A DNA stretch of 64,000 bases. Origin: Entomortierella parvispora E1425. Taxonomy: Eukaryota > Fungi > Mortierellomycota. How positions within the stretch are numbered: position 1 is the first letter of the stretch; each line of letters begins with the position of its first letter. The stretch covers positions 2,418,001-2,482,000 of the forward strand of contig BQFW01000007.1 in assembly GCA_020891255.1 (NCBI GenBank), given 5' to 3'. Both the position numbers and the translations under genes were made by a program. Below the pieces are notes generated by a model, which had not been told where the DNA came from, ran no database searches, and saw nothing but the letters and a program-made list of their open reading frames with translations. This document shows positions 62,339 through 64,000 of this stretch, one piece after another.

Positions 62339-62541
62339 TCCCACTCCCTCCTTGTTTTCAGTAATATAGAGTACCTAACTTTACAGATCTAATTTTGCAG
62401 TATACAACGCTCTCCTAGTTTATTGACCCAATGATATTTGCCCAGAGTAAAAAAAAAAGGCGATGGCAAAAAGAAAGAAAGAAAGGGAAAAAAAAAAAAA
62501 AAAAAAAAAAAGGCGGCAGCGGATATTCTGTGGCTAATAAT

Positions 62542-63965
62542 TTAGACCGCAACTTCGACCATGTCGTCGTCTTCTTCATCAAACTCCTCATCGTCGTCGT
62601 CGAGAGCTTCCTGAAGATCAGGATCTTCTCCATCTGCTACACCCACGGCCGCACGGTTATATGTCGTCTCCAGCTCTGCGCTAACCACAGCTCCAGACCG
62701 AGATGCGCCTCCAGACGATGAGCCACTTGCTGAACTAGCCGCTGCTACAGCAGCCCTACCCGCCGCACCAGCAGCCCCTGCGAATTCAGGCTTGAGCTGG
62801 TACTTTGAGGTGTAAGGTCCTTTCTTGATAAAGTCGCAAATCTCGCTCAAAACTTCAGCCAAGTAAGATGCAGGCTGCTTGCAATATTCGACCAGACCCT
62901 TTCTGGACCAGTAAGGAAATTGCTCGAAGGCTGCAAAAAGCAAATCCATGAGCTCGTTCTTGGGCATACGTGTCGTCTTTTGATCCATTTGTACTTTGAC
63001 CTTCTTTTGCTGTTGTCCGGTCGACAATGTATAACAGGTTAGATTCTCGATCACTTCGATAGCACATGGTTGGATGACACTTGTCGCCAAACCCACAAAC
63101 AAAAAAGTAGAGGACTTACAATAAATCCATTACGGATACCAACACCGGGCAAGAACATGCCTCCTCGTCCTCCTGCAGGATCAGCCAAATTGTCGTCTCC
63201 CAAGATCTGGACTGAACGTCCACCCTTCTTGGCAGCCTCAATGTTTCGGCTCTTCATGATCTCTCTGTACTCGGCACTACCAGACTGTGGTGTTGCTGCG
63301 CACTCGTGCTTGATAGTTGCCATGATCGACGTTGCCTTTCCTGTTGGATATCCTGGTGCATGGGGTGGCTTAGGGTGAGGTCCTGTAGGTTCAGTAAAGA
63401 CAAATGTGTTGGTAACCATGTGGTTATCGCCCATGTTGAGGGTATACATCTTGGGGAGGTCGACCGTTAGATTGTCTGTTGGAAGAATGAGCTGATACTG
63501 TGGGAAGTTGGGATCCGGTCTATCAGAAAAGTCGATCGTGGTTATGAAGGGTTAATATTGACATGGTAAAAAAGAGAGAGAGGTCGATAAATAGATGCCC
63601 AGGCTCTTCGATTACTTGTCAAAAATCCTGACTTTTCCGAGGTTCACACCATCCTTGTTGACGCTCGACCACCGATCAGCCAAAAACTTTGGAATCTAAT
63701 ATTGAACAAGGTCCACGAGAAGAGAGGTCAGAGATACGATGACATGAAGACTTGCCAGCCTAGGCAAGACAAATCACGTCGTCAGTACCTTCACCAGCCA
63801 CGCCTGGGTGTTGGCCTGGGCCAGGTCCAAGTCTCCGGCAACATTGCCGTCCTCATCGACATCGTCTTCGGACTCTAAGCCTCCTTTGATATCACCATCC
63901 TCTTCAAAGAGCGCCTCAAACTCTGCTGGGCGCTTTCTTGGGTTCTTGGACTCTGAGTCGGACAT
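62542..63965 (-). CDS. TFG2: Transcription initiation factor IIF beta subunit (RAP30), multi-exon
   Basis: LDLAQANTQAWLVK|IPKFLADRW, IKHECAATP, and the winged helix RMPKNELMDLLFAAFEQFPYWSRKGL..QPASYLAEVLSEI..KYQLKPEF. Confidence 0.92.
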
Positions 63966-64000
63966 GTGAGAGGGAGGAAAGGGAAAGGAAGAAGCCCACG

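Overview
Gene-dense, intron-rich fungal nuclear DNA. The gene set and intron style suggest an early-diverging fungus, probably Mucoromycota/Mortierellaceae (inference, not a database result). I can support 18 protein-coding loci: YME2 (truncated at the window start), NDUFS4, HIR3/CABIN1, SSB-type Hsp70, a long His-periodic coiled-coil protein, a CYP52-like P450, a frameshifted small GPI-type protein, threonine aldolase with a long C-terminal tail, mitochondrial thioredoxin, an intronless bacterial-type HAD phosphatase, a TEA-domain factor, a secreted LEA/charged-helix protein, peroxisomal Lon, an Mto1/centrosomin-like protein, a C2H2 factor, a phosphorylase-kinase alpha-like protein, a GH18 chitinase and TFIIF beta. 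I found no convincing tRNA, rRNA, transposon or CRISPR array. The most interesting signals are three: (1) a phosphorylase-kinase alpha-like protein carrying an inserted ILEI/PANDER (GG-type lectin-like) domain and lacking the CAAX tail; (2) a fungal TEA factor with an animal TEAD-like YAP-binding domain, whose palmitoylation Cys appears replaced by Phe and whose locus is rich in CATTCY sites; (3) a probable bacterial horizontal transfer (YihX-like HAD phosphatase). Family assignments and residue equivalences come from recalled motifs aligned by eye. No searches were run.
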